A stretch of 64,000 nt of DNA from Octopus vulgaris (Eukaryota). Below, piece by piece: positions 39,256 to 52,785 of this stretch (within the stretch, counting starts at the first letter, position 1; each line of letters begins with the position of its first letter). The stretch lies in NCBI GenBank assembly GCA_951406725.2, contig OX597819.1, forward strand, positions 33,728,001 through 33,792,000, in the 5' to 3' direction. The translations under genes were made by a program, and so were the position numbers. The notes below the pieces were generated by a model, which had not been told where the DNA came from, searched no databases, and worked only from the letters and a program-made list of their open reading frames with translations.

Positions 39256-41621
39256 GCATCCAGTTTCGTGTAGAGGTTGTATGGATAATTGAGTGGGGAA
39301 AAAGTGTGATATGAAATAGCAACTTGAAACCAATAACTATTCCTCGGAAATTATATATGAAAATGGTTTATAAATTTGTTTGCAGATAAAACTGGAATTA
39401 TTGCCTTCTTTAAGACACCTTCACAAGATGGAATTCTCTAGAAACAGTTATTATCCTGTATGTAAATACTAATAAGTTTCACTTTTTCTGTTGATTATTA
39501 AACTACTAACACTCCCTGGGGTAAAAAAAAAATCATTTTATATTTTTCTTCCTGACAGAATTTATTTCTATCAGTAATAAAATGTTTTAGTTCAAAAAAT
39601 GTTTAATTGATAAGTCATAGGGTCTATGACACTGAACATTTCTAAAAAGAATGAAATAGTACTGAATATGATTACTACCAAATAGAAATTTTAAAAACTT
39701 TGCAATAAGTAAACACACACATACAAAAATAAGTGAATTCTTTATCTTTTTTCTTACAATTCCTTAATTTCAAATCTCACCAAACATTATGTAGAATGAA
39801 TGATCTAACTGTAATTGTTAGCTGGAAACACATGATTGGAATGTGTGATACAGTGTGAGCCAAAAGAACCAAGGCATTTTCTGGAAACATTAATACTATT
39901 CAGCACCACTGGCATAAATTATACTGTTGGAAAGTGCCAAAACTGCAGTGATTTTCAGTCAACAGCTGATGAAAGGAATGTTCTAGAGCTCAAGCTGTAT
40001 GTGAAATAGCATATTGTACAGTTACACTCAGTATCTTCATTTTTTCAGTTCATTGTCACAAATATTCACCTTCATAAATTCAGTATTAATATTGATTATA
40101 AATTTTAGCACAAGGCCAGCAAGTTCAGTCAATTACATCAACCCCAGTGTGCAACTGGTACTTCTTTATTGGCCCAGAAAAGATGAAAGGCACAGTCAAC
40201 CTTGGTGGAATTTGAACTCAGAATGTAAGGACAGACAAAAGGCTGCTAAACATTTTAACTGGTGTGCTAATGATTCTGCCAGCTCGCCGCCTTAACATTA
40301 ATATTAATATTGATATCAAATTTTGGCACAAGGCCAGAAGTTTCAGTGGGGAGGGGAAAGCAATTACATTGATCTCCAGAGCTCAACTGTTACTTATTCT
40401 ATTGACCTCAAAATGATGAAAGGTGAAGTCAGTCTCAGTAGAATTTGAACACAGAACATAATGACAGACTAAATGCCACAAAGCATGCTGTCTTACAATT
40501 AATATTGATATTGACATGTACATTTTTGGGTTATTAAATATACAATAACTGAAGTTTTGTGTTACACACTTTACTATCAGTTTAAAAGAATGCACACCAC
40601 TTTCCAAGAATATATAAAGTTGATGCTTAATGCCAAACTATGTTATAGTCATTCTTCACTTGGATAGAATGCCAGACTTGCCAGACTCATTCTCAGAAAA
40701 TCTGATACTTATTCATGATAAGAGAATAGAAGCATTTAAATTATTTTGTTGTTTAGTCCCAAAGAAGCTCTGACAAAGTAGACTATGTTCAAAGATATTC
40801 CATCCATGACAATTCCATCCTTCTCTCAGGCATCATATATCAAAGAATGTTGTCAGATGTGTCCATCTCCTTTAAAGATAGTTGGGATGTAGTTTGATTT
40901 GGCTGCAATAGCTAGCAGTAACTTGCAGAATGTAGTGTTTTATTCCGAAGCACAAGGAAGTAATCAAAATAAACTGAGCACTAACAGTAGTGATCTCGTT
41001 ATTAATATATCATTATTATTAATAGAGGTAATTTCTGGAATAAATTCCTTGTTTATGGGAATAGGTTGTATGTTTATTGCCATATCACACTTTACAACTA
41101 TTCAAGTATATCTCTATAGGAATTATTTCTGGTGTTATTTATGATAGAAACTCACCATATAATCACACTTGTCACTCAGATTATATTTGCTGTAAGGCAC
41201 AAAAACAGCTGTGTGGTAACAAAATTTGCTTTGCTATCATATGGTTTCAAGTTCAGTTCCATTGTGTGAGATTCAAGGCAAGTGCCTCAAGTTGACCAAT
41301 GCTTTGTGAGTGAAATTGGCAGCTGGAAACTGGCCACAAGTCCTTCAAGTGTGTGTGTGTGTGTGTGTATATCATCATCATCATCATCATCATCATTTAA
41401 CACCTGCTTTTCCATGCTTCAAAGGATCACACAAAATTCGCTGAGATAAATTTTGTACATCTGGATGCTCTTCCAATTGCTGACTCTGATCTGTTCCTAA
41501 ACAAGGCAATATATCCATATGGCCAGGTACACTCCTCTCAGAAGATTGGAAACAGGTAATCCCACTTGTATGATGGCGATGATGATGCTCATTTGAGACA
41601 ATTATGTGCTTTATGCATATA

Positions 41622-43143
41622 TACTGTGATCCAAGATAATAGTCTATGAAGATTTTTTAGATTTTCTGAATAACTATCCAAGGGATTTGAAGAAAATTTA
41701 CATGATAGTACATACAGTACACTATTTTTGGTTTGTACACAATTTTTTTTAGTTTTTGTATTATTCAGCAATTTTCTTTTTCAGGTGAACAAGATTAATA
41801 GTCCTAATACTGATTTCAAAAGATGGGGCATAGAAAAGATCTTACAGTGTATGAGAGGAACCAGATTATAAAAGAAATAGGTAAAGGCAAGTCTACAGAT
41901 GAAATGGTCAAGAAACTAGGTCATCATGTTAAAATAATTCATGGATATTTGCAAAATCCCAAGTGTTGGAATGAGCACAGTGATAAAGGCAAGTCTTGAA
42001 CAGTCACAGCACGAGACATTTCCCATCTCAAACAATACTTGCCTAAAAATCCCAGATGTTCTAGTAAAGCTTTATTTGCAGACACTGGCATTGAAAATGT
42101 CTCCAAAACAACCAGAAATAAAGTAAATGGTAGCTTTGTGAAAGAGAAGAAACCTACATGCAAGCCTCTGTTGACTCCCAAAAACAAAAAAGCTCAGTTA
42201 GAATGGGGTGGAATGTATATGAAGGCCGATGTCAAGCATATTTTATTCACTGACGGGTGCTGAGCCACACTAGATGGGCCTGATGGTTGGGCTAAGGGAT
42301 GGATGTTTTATGACAACCCCACTCACATGCGTTTGCACCATCAGCAAAGGGGGAGGAAGAGTCATGTTTTGGGCTGGAATCATGGGAAGCAGGATGATTG
42401 GTCCATTTAAAGTATCAGGTGTGAAGATTAATGCTATCACATACTATAACTTTATTAGGGATGTCCTAACTGATGAGCGCCCATCATCTGAGCTTAGCAA
42501 GGTTATTTTTATGCATGATAAGGCCCCCACCACATGCTGCTAAGAGAACCGAAGAGGTCCTCTCCTCATTGGGATTCAAAGAAGAAACTTTAATGAAGTG
42601 GCCAGCCTGTTCTCCAGATGTGAATCCCATTGAGAACCTCAGGAGCATTGTCAAATGTGGGATCTACCAGAATGGCAAGCAGAACACATCTAAGGAAACA
42701 CTTCGGAAGGCAATACAAAACTCTACTAAAGCAGTCCTACCTTCTACTATCAAAACACTGACTGAATCCAGTAACAACCACATTTTTGCAGTCATCAAAC
42801 AAAATGCTTCATACACCAAATAATAGAGCCAAAGCTTCTGTGAATATGTTATTTATGTATTTTGTTGTTCAATGGTACATTTGTGTCATATGAGATATTC
42901 AAAATAATTGTTCTTGAAATAGTTAGTATTTCTATCCTTTTAGTGATCAAAACTGTACATTCTTATACCAGGACTGTTATCATGGTACACCTGATAAACA
43001 AGTATGCTAAATAATATAACAACTAAGAGAAGCTACATACGATAAATTTTGTATACAAACCAAAAATAGTGTACTGTACTATCAAGTAAATTTTTGTTAA
43101 AAATCTTTAAAATCATCATGGACTATTATCTCGGTTCACAGTG
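41622..43143 (+). mobile_element. Decayed Tc1/mariner-superfamily transposon, DD37E (TRT-like), with long TIRs
   Basis: TA at both ends; TIRs of about 170 bp ((c/t)actgtga..agataatagtc). Broken transposase at about 41823-42823: MGHRKDLT..HTH, ILFTD..ATLDGPDGW, VMFWAGI, FMHD.APPH, WPACSPDVNPIEN. Confidence 0.88.
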
Positions 43144-43155
43144 TATATATATATT

Positions 43156-43191
<36 letters not shown>

Positions 43192-43616
43192 TACAAACAC
43201 ACACACATATACATACACACACACATACACACATATTTATGTCTGAAGCACTCCGTCGGTTACGACGATGAGGGTTCCAGTTGATCCGATCAACGGAACA
43301 GCCTGCTCGTGAAATTAACGTGTAAGTGGCTGAGCACTCCATAGACATGTGTACCCTTAACGTAGTTCTCAGGGATATTCAGCGTGACACAGAGAGTGAC
43401 AAGGCCGGCCCTTTGAAATACAGGTACAAGAGAAACAGGAAGTAAGAGTGAGAGAAAGTTGTGGTGAAAGAGTACAGCAGGGATCACCACCATCCCTAGG
43501 TGTTTTCGCTCAATAAACACTCACAACGCCCGGTCTGGGAATCGAAATCGCGATCCTACGACCACGAGTCCGCTGCCCTAACCACTGGGCCATTGCGCCT
43601 CCACAGACATATTTAT

Positions 43617-43723
<107 letters not shown>

Positions 43724-44106
43724 CACACATGCACACATACACACACACATGTGCATGTGTGTGTGTGTATGCATGTGCATGCATCAGTGTTTATTTCTGC
43801 TTGACTTTCCACTAATACTGCCTTGGTAACAGAGATGTTAAATTTGTGTCTCTCACAAAAATACGTTTAACTTAATGTTTTTGTTGGTTTTGACAATTGG
43901 TAAAAATAGGTAAGGGTCGGTGACCGAAATTCATAGAATACTACCTCAATAAATCATGTCCAACCCATGCCAGCTTCAAAAATATGGGCATAAAAATAAA
44001 GATGATGATGATAACACACATATCTACACATATGCATCACGCTTCTCAGCCAGAATACATTTACATGTAAGGCGGCGAGATGGCAGAAACGTTAGTGCAC
44101 CAGACA

Positions 44107-44520
44107 GGTGCAGGAGTGGCTGTGTGGTAAGTAGCTTGCTAACCAACCACATGGTTCCGGGTTCAGTCCCACTGCGTGGCATCTTGGGCAAGTGTCTTCT
44201 GCTATAGCCCCGGGCCAACCAATGCCTTGTGAGTGGATTTGGTAGACGGAAACTGAAAGAAGCCTGTCGTATATATGTATATATATATATATAAGTGTGT
44301 GTGTATATGTTTGTATGTCTGTGTTTGTCCCCCTAGCATTGCTTGACAACCGATGCTGGTGTGTTTACATCCCCGTCACTTAGTGGTTCGGCAAAAGAGA
44401 CTGATAGAATAAGTACTGGGCTTACAAAGAATAAGTCCCGGGGTCGATTTGCTCGACTAAAGGCGGTGCTCCAGCATGGCCGCAGTCAAATGACTGAAAC
44501 AAGTAAAAGAGTAAAAGAGA
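44107..44520 (+). mobile_element. SINE family A inserted into a family B SINE (44070-44105 / 44530-44700)
   Basis: The family B head is split around the insertion. Confidence 0.8.
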
Positions 44521-45065
44521 GAGACAAAAAAACTAGCGGTATTTCATCTGTCTTTACATTCTGAGTTCAAATTCTGCCAAGGTTGACTTTGCCTTTCATC
44601 CTTTCAGGGTCAAAAAATTAAGTAACAGTTGCATACTGGGGTTCAATCTAATCGACTGGCCCACTCCCCAAAGATTTTGAGCCTTGTGTCGGGAGTAGAA
44701 AAGAATATATTTACATGTACCTACACATATCTTAAAGGACCCCCTTCAGTCAAGAATGACCATGGGATTGCATCTAAAAAGTTCCCCTCCAAGGTACAAG
44801 TCTGGGTAAGATTGTTTATGGAAGATCAGCAGTTGCCCAAGCACACCACCCTCCCCTTTCCATACCACCAATGTTATCCAAGGGAAAGACAAAGGACAAT
44901 ACAGCTTGGCACCAGTGATGTCACAACTCATTTCTATAGCTGAGTGAACTGGAACAATGTAAAGTAAAGTGTCTTGCTCAAGAGCACAACATACAGCCCG
45001 GTCCAGGAATTGAACTCACTACCTTACGCTCTAGAAATGCCATTCTTCAAGTAATCAACTCTTAC

Positions 45066-45203
45066 CTGTTCTGATAATTGCTTCTCCAGACTATCAATAT
45101 GTTTCTCTTTTCTCTCCAAAACATTTTCCAGTTCTAGAACTCTGTTATTTAAATCCTGTGGCTGCCAATTGATGGCTGCCAAACGTTGTTCCATTAGATT
45201 TAA
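45066..45203 (-). CDS. PLEKHH1/2: Coding exon of PLEKHH1/2 (MAX-1/CG43867-like) homolog, N-terminal coiled coil
   Basis: Polypyrimidine+ttacAG acceptor and CAG|GTAAG donor. 138 bp, phase 0-0, reads LNLMEQRLAAINWQPQDLNNRVLELENVLERKEKHIDSLEKQLSEQ, resembling the PLEKHH segment ending in QLEEQ. Confidence 0.85.
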
Positions 45204-47874
45204 CTGTAAATAAAGAGAGAAAAACGAATGAAGAATTCTATAAAGAAAGAAAGCAGAGAAAGTAATGGCTTAATGTAACAGGACAAAATTTTTTTGCTGT
45301 AAATCTTGTAATAAATAATTTCATGTTTTAATTGTGACAATCTGAAACGAATATACATCTTTTACCATGTCTATTGACATGGAATTGGTCATTTTCCAAA
45401 ATATTTCAAAAGGTGGCTAGACATTTATGTCAGTCTGTGAAGATCTAAAATTTTCTTGACAAAATTGGAATCTAAAAGAATATATGAATTGTAAGTAGCA
45501 TGAGTGTTGTAAACATTATTGAATACACATGTTCTTAACTTGTTTGCCAGTAGTCTGCAATTTGCCCGGTTGGAGATGACTCTTTCAAAGTGCCGGGTGT
45601 TAAAACACCTGAAAGTCATAGTCATTAACAGGTGAGACAACTCACCCCAAATCACCCAAAATACTCTCCTACCCTGATGTAATCTCCAGGGATACAGGCA
45701 TCCAGCAACAGGACCTCCGTAATGCCAAGATGGACCGTGAAGTCTGGCGTAGCATGGTAAATTCCATTGTCTCGACCACGGTCGAACAGTCGAACCCGAA
45801 ATACTGGATGGGATTTAGAGCGAGTTGTCTCACTTGTCTATGACTTTCAGTTGTTTTAATGCCTGGTGCTTTGATGGAGTTATTTCCACCATGCAAAAAC
45901 ACAGCCTACCATCGAATGAGAGAAGCACATACACTGAGTATGTGTGTTCAATAATGTTTAAACCTAAATGCTACAATGCAGTTAACTATTCAAGCTAATT
46001 AGGCCCATGTTGATGTGTGATGACTTGTGTACCTTAATGATCCTGAGATCTATGCCAGCAGAGTGCAAGCACTTGATAGGGCTTCGTATGCTGGACAGGT
46101 CAAAGGACAGAAACCAGGCTAAAATGGACCACATCTTCCTGGCGATAGAAATGTGTTTGCATAGGGCCTACACCTATATCTAGAAAGAAACAAAGTTATA
46201 GAAGCACTGTTGACCATTCAAAACCAACAAAACCTGGATGAAGAAGAAAAGTCATCAATGGCATTTAGGGAGCAAAAGGCTTAAGGTCGTTTGTGCAGAT
46301 GGTAGCCTGACTTGCTAGTAACAACAGCCAATGCCTCTCAAATAACTACTTCATGGAGGCAATGACAGATGACTGAGACCTTTGGCAATATGCTGTGCTT
46401 CAGAAGAAGACCCATCAAACAAAGTGAAATCATAGTTGTGACAGATACTGGTGTCGAGCAACTGGTACCCATGCCAGTGGCATGTAAAAGCACCTATTAC
46501 ACTCCATGGAGTTATTAGTGTTAAGATAGGAATCCAGCAATCGGCATTGCCCTCATTATTATCATATCGTCTATCATTTCATCTCATTATGTCCTTTTCC
46601 AGCCCACAGCTTCCTTTCTTTATAAGGCCTTTATGGCCAATTTAATGAATAAAAAAAGGGCATCCAGCCATAGAAACCATGTCAAATCAGACAGGAGCAT
46701 GGTGCAGCCCTCAGCTTACCAACCCATGCCAGCATGGACAATGGACGTTAAATGATAATGATAATGATGATGATGAATTACCTATTATAAAAAAAAAAAT
46801 AAACACAGTGGATAATATAACTTGTGATACACTATGCCCAACAAAAAAAGATGGAATGGTCACAGCTGGATTGTCTTTAATCATATCTCTGTTTGACCAA
46901 AGCTAACTTAGAGTTAAACAACAATAACATGAGATATGCAGGAAGATCTGTTTTCTCATGACTGCTGATCTACCATGCATGTAGTGTACCAACTAAGTAA
47001 GTAGAGGCAGATATCTTATTGAAAGATACTTGACAAAGGAAATTCATAAAAAACTTGATGGTTTTCACAAAAATTATCTATGTTCTGGCTGGAATTACTC
47101 CAATGAAGTAGAGTCATTAGCCAATAATGGTTTTTGTTGGTGTAAAGCATCATGCCAATCCTCATCAATCAGGCCTATGGTTAAAAGCATTCTCAATGTG
47201 AATATCCCATAGTTTTCCTATGGGATGTGTGATGACTTGTGTACCTTAATTATCCTGAGATCTATGCCAGCAGAGTGCAAGCACTTGATAGGGCTTCGTA
47301 TGCTGGACAGGTCAAAGGACAGAAGCCAGGCTAAAATGGACCACATCTTCCTGACAGTAGAAATGTGTTTGCATAGGGCCTACACCACTTTGCACCATAC
47401 TGTCTAATGTATCTTTCTTTCCTAAGACTTGTGGGGAACTTGGCTCCCACATCTAGCAAGTCAAGTAAATGCATAAATGTGCCCTGTTGTTGTTGGTCTG
47501 TAACCCCAGGGCATATTGATCTAATAGTCAGTAATCCCTTCACCTATATATATATATACATATATATTATCTTTCATTTTAATATTTCACTTAGGCATTG
47601 CAAGACTAATAACCAGGTGTATAACTCAATATACATATGCTTCAGAATGAAGCATTAGTCAAGTACAGAGTGGTAATAATAAAATGAGATGACAAAGGAA
47701 TAAATGATTATCTGATGAACTTGCATTAGCTTACAGCTGTTTCTGCTATATCTTCTTTGCTGGTAGTGGTGGTGTTGTTGTTGTTGTTTAGCCCCAGGTC
47801 AGTACTGATTGAGCAGACCAACATTCAAAAGGTATTCCCACTATAACCATAGCATCCTTTTATTGATGTATAAA

Positions 47875-48205
47875 AACCCCTCTCGGTCATGAATGACCAT
47901 GGGATTGCACCTAGAAATTTCCCCTCTGAGGCACAAGTCCAGGCAAGGTTGTTTATGGAAGACCAGCAGTCACGCATGCATACCAGCTTCCCCCACTCCA
48001 TGCAAACAATGTTATCTAAGGGAAAGGCAAAGGCTGATACAGCTCGACACCTGTGACGTTGCAACTCATTTCTACAGCTGAGCGAACTGCAGCAATGTGA
48101 AATAAAGTGTCTTGCTCAAGAACACAACACACAGCCATGTCCAGAAATCGAACTCACTCTCTCATGATAGTGAACCTGACATTCTAACCACTGAACTATG
48201 CGTCT
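47875..48205 (-). mobile_element. tRNA-derived SINE family E (copies at about 44735-45030, 51890-52225, 33075-33185)
   Basis: Shared gaatgaccatgggattgcacctagaaa...aaagtgtcttgctcaagaacacaac body, with a tRNA-like head on the minus strand. Confidence 0.7.
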
Positions 48206-49194
48206 TTGTTATTGATATATAGGACTACGTTATTTAATGTAGCCTTTCGTCATTCAAAACTACAGTGTGATTTCAGGGTGACTCAACTGCAGCTTCTAGT
48301 AAGCCCAACAACCACATAGAGAATTTTTGGACCAATACTTATTGATATTATCACACCTGCCATCGTATGGAATATTAAAACACAATGAATAATTCAGTCC
48401 TAGGCATAAAAAAGTTGAAATATCATGGCTGGAGTGTCAGGTGAACAATGAAAGTGGAATCAGAAGTTAACATGGGAAAGATAAATATTCTTTATGTAGA
48501 CAAATTATGGAATAAATATAAGAGTTGCAGACTAATTATAGAATAAGCATAGGATATGCAGGCCAATTATGGAATAATTATAGGAATTGCAGCGTCATAA
48601 TAGATGTGAGTATGAAAAATATTGGAAATTGATGTTCTCTAGTAGACATTTAAACATTTGACAATCTCACCGTTGTTCTTTTAAGTGATTTAAGCACTGT
48701 CTGAGTAAGGGGAAAAAAAATTATTTTCTGAACTACCATGCAAATAGGGAGGAAATGATATGATGGAGATTTGTGGATTTTTCATTATATCAACGGAAAA
48801 AGTGGGTATTTTTGTATCATAAAGTGATGTTTTTGTAATAGTTTTGTATGAGGTAGGGGTGAAGGTGGTTAATATTACTGCAACTGAAGAATCTTTAGTG
48901 CAGAGAAAAACACCAAAAAAAGAAAAAAATGAAATAACGATAATAATAACAAATAAATAAGAATGAATAAATAAAGAACTAAATTGTATCAGGCAGTACA
49001 AAATATATGTTCTATTTATTTATTTATTTATTTGCTGGATATCAATTGATTAAACCAATGTTAACAAATCTTAAAGACAAAGAAATTATGTTCAGTCTCA
49101 CCCTGGAGCTAAATTGTCTACATTTCTGTTCTATATATAGACTGACGAGATTGCAATATTTTGCCATTCTAGCATGGTACAGAATATTGTTATG

Positions 49195-49228
<34 letters not shown>

Positions 49229-50009
49229 ACATACATACCTATACAAAAATATATACAAAAATATATGTACAGGGACAGAATAATATAGATACATAGATAA
49301 TTGGATATAGACAGATAAATACACACACACACACATACACACACACACACACACACATGTAAATATACGTAAAGAGAGACAGGGTGATAAAGATACACAA
49401 ATGATTAGAGATAGGCAGATAGATAAATATATACCTATACACACATACATGCACGTATACATACGTATATATAAATATATATATAGTGAGATATAGAATG
49501 GTACAGATGAACAGATAATTACATATAGGCAGATACATAAGTATATACATGTATGTATGCAGATACACACACAAAGTGCATGTACTCACTTTCTCAACCA
49601 AATACACAAATACACAAATATGTGAAAACAGCAGCCACCACTGCTACTGCCTCCTCATGCACACTGACATTGCACATCTAGCACAGCATGCTATTTTCAT
49701 TTCTTGCCAGTCAATGCATCCCCTCAAAATTCAGGTCCACATTTCACTAGCAATATAGCTATGCAATTCATATATTTTTTTTTCTACTATAGGCACAAGG
49801 CCTGAAATTTTGGGGAAAGGGGCAAGTCAATTTACATTGACCCCAGTACACAACTGTTATTTAATTTATTGACCCCGAAAGGATAAAGGCAAAGTCGACC
49901 TCAGCAGAATTTGAACTCAGAACATAGCAGCAAACGAAATACCATTAAGCATTTCGTAAGGCGTGCTAACGATTCTGCCAGCTCGCCGCCTTGCTAAGCA
50001 ATTCATATA

Positions 50010-50575
50010 CTAACATCATACATACAGTTTGCCTTTCAATCTGACAGAAATAATAACTCAAAAGAAATAATCAGCAGAAATAATAGCTCCCTGTACATTC
50101 TCCAGCCTATTCTTACTCTGGCTATTATACTTTCAGAACATCATCTTCCACAGCTAATTAGATCAACTAGGTAGTATAACTATCTAAAACATCAAGGGAC
50201 CTGCTTGAGCATTCAAGAATATCTATTCCCCACATACTTTTAGTGTTTATAGCTTCTATGCATCTGCCACATATGAAGTCTACTTTCCCTGTTACCTTGC
50301 CTGTGATACCACTGCACCTTTTGTGCACCCATTTTTTGCACTGAGCACACAGTACGAAATTTACACATTCCTTTTCTACATATTAAGCAAGATCATTTCT
50401 TTGATGGAAGTAGTGTCCTGTCTGTTTTCCTATTTGCTATATCTTTGGTCTTTGCTAAGTTAACTTTGAGGTCTTTTTGATTTCAGATTCTGCTTCTTCT
50501 ATGCCTGGAGTGTCTTTTCTAGTTCTGCTACAAATTTGACTACATGGTCATCATCATATAACAGTTCCCATGAGA
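50010..50575 (-). mobile_element. RTE-clade LINE reverse-transcriptase relic
   Basis: Minus strand WELLYDDD..VAELEK..Q..K..L.VNLAKTK (YADD motif region). Confidence 0.65.
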
Positions 50576-51375
50576 AATTGGTTTTAATAATGTTGGTTTG
50601 TTTACATCCTGATAACTTAACAGTACAGCAAAAACAAGACCAAGAGAACCAATACAACACTTTGAAAAAAAAATTAATAATGAGACAAATATGAGTTAGT
50701 TAACCCCTTGGGGTAGTACCGTCCAACCCATGCTAGCATTGAAAGCGGACGTTAAACGATGATGATGATGATGATGATGATGATAGACAGGAGGGCAATA
50801 GTGAGTAGGCATAAACCGAGAAACAAGTTCGGATGTACCCATACGCACATACTGAATTTGTCACTGCGTGCATTGCTAACCTTCAGTTTACTGATATGGC
50901 TTCTGAGAATAAGGGACACTTGCAAGGCTTTCTTCAGGTCACTGAATAATAATCAGAATAGCTAACATCTTGCTAAGTACTTCTCATACAGTTGCTTCAT
51001 CTGGGAGAGAGTATCAGAGCTATTTCCTGTTACAAAACCAAACTGCATTTCATCTAAGCTCATTGTCTTTGTAATAAATTGAACTGCAACTCATTCTGTA
51101 ACTTCTATAAGAATGGCCCAGCAAGCTGATAACTTTGTAAATACATCTCTAAAGCATGTTTACCTTGTATTATATTTAACATAGCTTTCTTCATCTTTGT
51201 TTGTCTAAATTTGCACAAGAGTGGCCGCGTGGTAAGAAGCTTGCTTTCCAACCACATGATTCAGGGTTCAGTCCCAATATGTGACACACCTTGGGTAAGT
51301 GTCTTCTACTATATAGCCTTGGGTCAACTAAAGGTTTTGTGAGTGGATTTGGCAGACAGAAACAGAAAGAAGCTC

Positions 51376-51462
<87 letters not shown>

Positions 51463-52245
51463 GTGTCCAGGTGTCTGGCTGTACGGTTAAAGAGTTCACT
51501 TTGCATCTACATGGTTTCAAGTTCTGTCTTACCATGCAACACATTGGGCAAGTGTTTCTTACTACAGCTCCAGGCTGACCAATGGTTTGCAAGTGAATTT
51601 GGTAGACAAAAACTGTGGAGGCCTGTTGCATGTGTGTAAGTATGTGCATGTGTATGCACATCAGTGCCTGTCTCTCACAACTTGACAACTAATGTTGGTT
51701 TGTTTACATCCTGATAACTTAACAGTACAGCAAAAACAAGACCAAGAGAACCAATACAACACTTTGAAAAAAAAATTAATAATGAGATCAATCTGAGTTA
51801 GTTAACCCCTTGGGGTAGTACCCCCAGCATAACAGCAGCCCAATAATTGTAACAAGTGAAAAAATAATATGTGTGTATACACATATAAAGACCCTTCCCC
51901 TTGGTTATGAGTGACCATGGGATTGCACCTAGAAAGATAACCTCCCAGGCACAAGTCCAGTCAAGGTTGTTTGTGGAATGCCAACAGTCATCCATGCATA
52001 CCAGACTTCCCTCTCAATGCCACTGATGTTATCCAAGGGAAAGGCAAAAGCTGAGACAGATTGACACTAGTGATATCACAACTCATTTCTACAGCTGAAT
52101 GAACTGCAGCAATGTGAAATAAAGTGTCTTGCTCAAGAATACAACACACAGCCCAGTCCAGGAATCAAACTCACAACCTCATTTTGTAACTTCTAAAGCC
52201 TGACATGCTAACCATTGAGCCATCCCCTTTCACATGTAGATATAC

Positions 52246-52289
<44 letters not shown>

Positions 52290-52296
52290 GTATATG

Positions 52297-52328
<32 letters not shown>

Positions 52329-52625
52329 TGTATGTATGTATGTATGTATGTATAGCCAAATTCGTTGTTGAAAATGCACCTAAATTTGAAATACTTGTAA
52401 ATGTTTTTAGATAGATTTATTAACATATATACTAAACTAGTTTCAACAATACTTTTTGTTTATCAATGGTAAAAATTTAGAATTATGAATTAGAGAAACA
52501 TGTTTAAAAGTTTCAATGTTGACAAGTTTAAATTTTCATGACAATCAATAATATAAAAACTGTCGATCGTCTTGTTTAAATGATTAAAATTCAATAGTGC
52601 TTAAATGCACTATTGCATATACATA

Positions 52626-52656
<31 letters not shown>

Positions 52657-52738
52657 GCATATACATATATATATATTTACACACACACACATATATAAAC
52701 ATATGTATAGTTGTTATGTATTGTACATGCATGTGCAT

Positions 52739-52785
<47 letters not shown>

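Noticed and set aside
46012-47386. DGR-like template/variable repeat pair
   Set aside because: The differences are not adenine-specific, and there is no target ORF or intact RT.
48501-48592. Three degenerate 31-bp tandem units
   Set aside because: Short ordinary minisatellite with no further structure.
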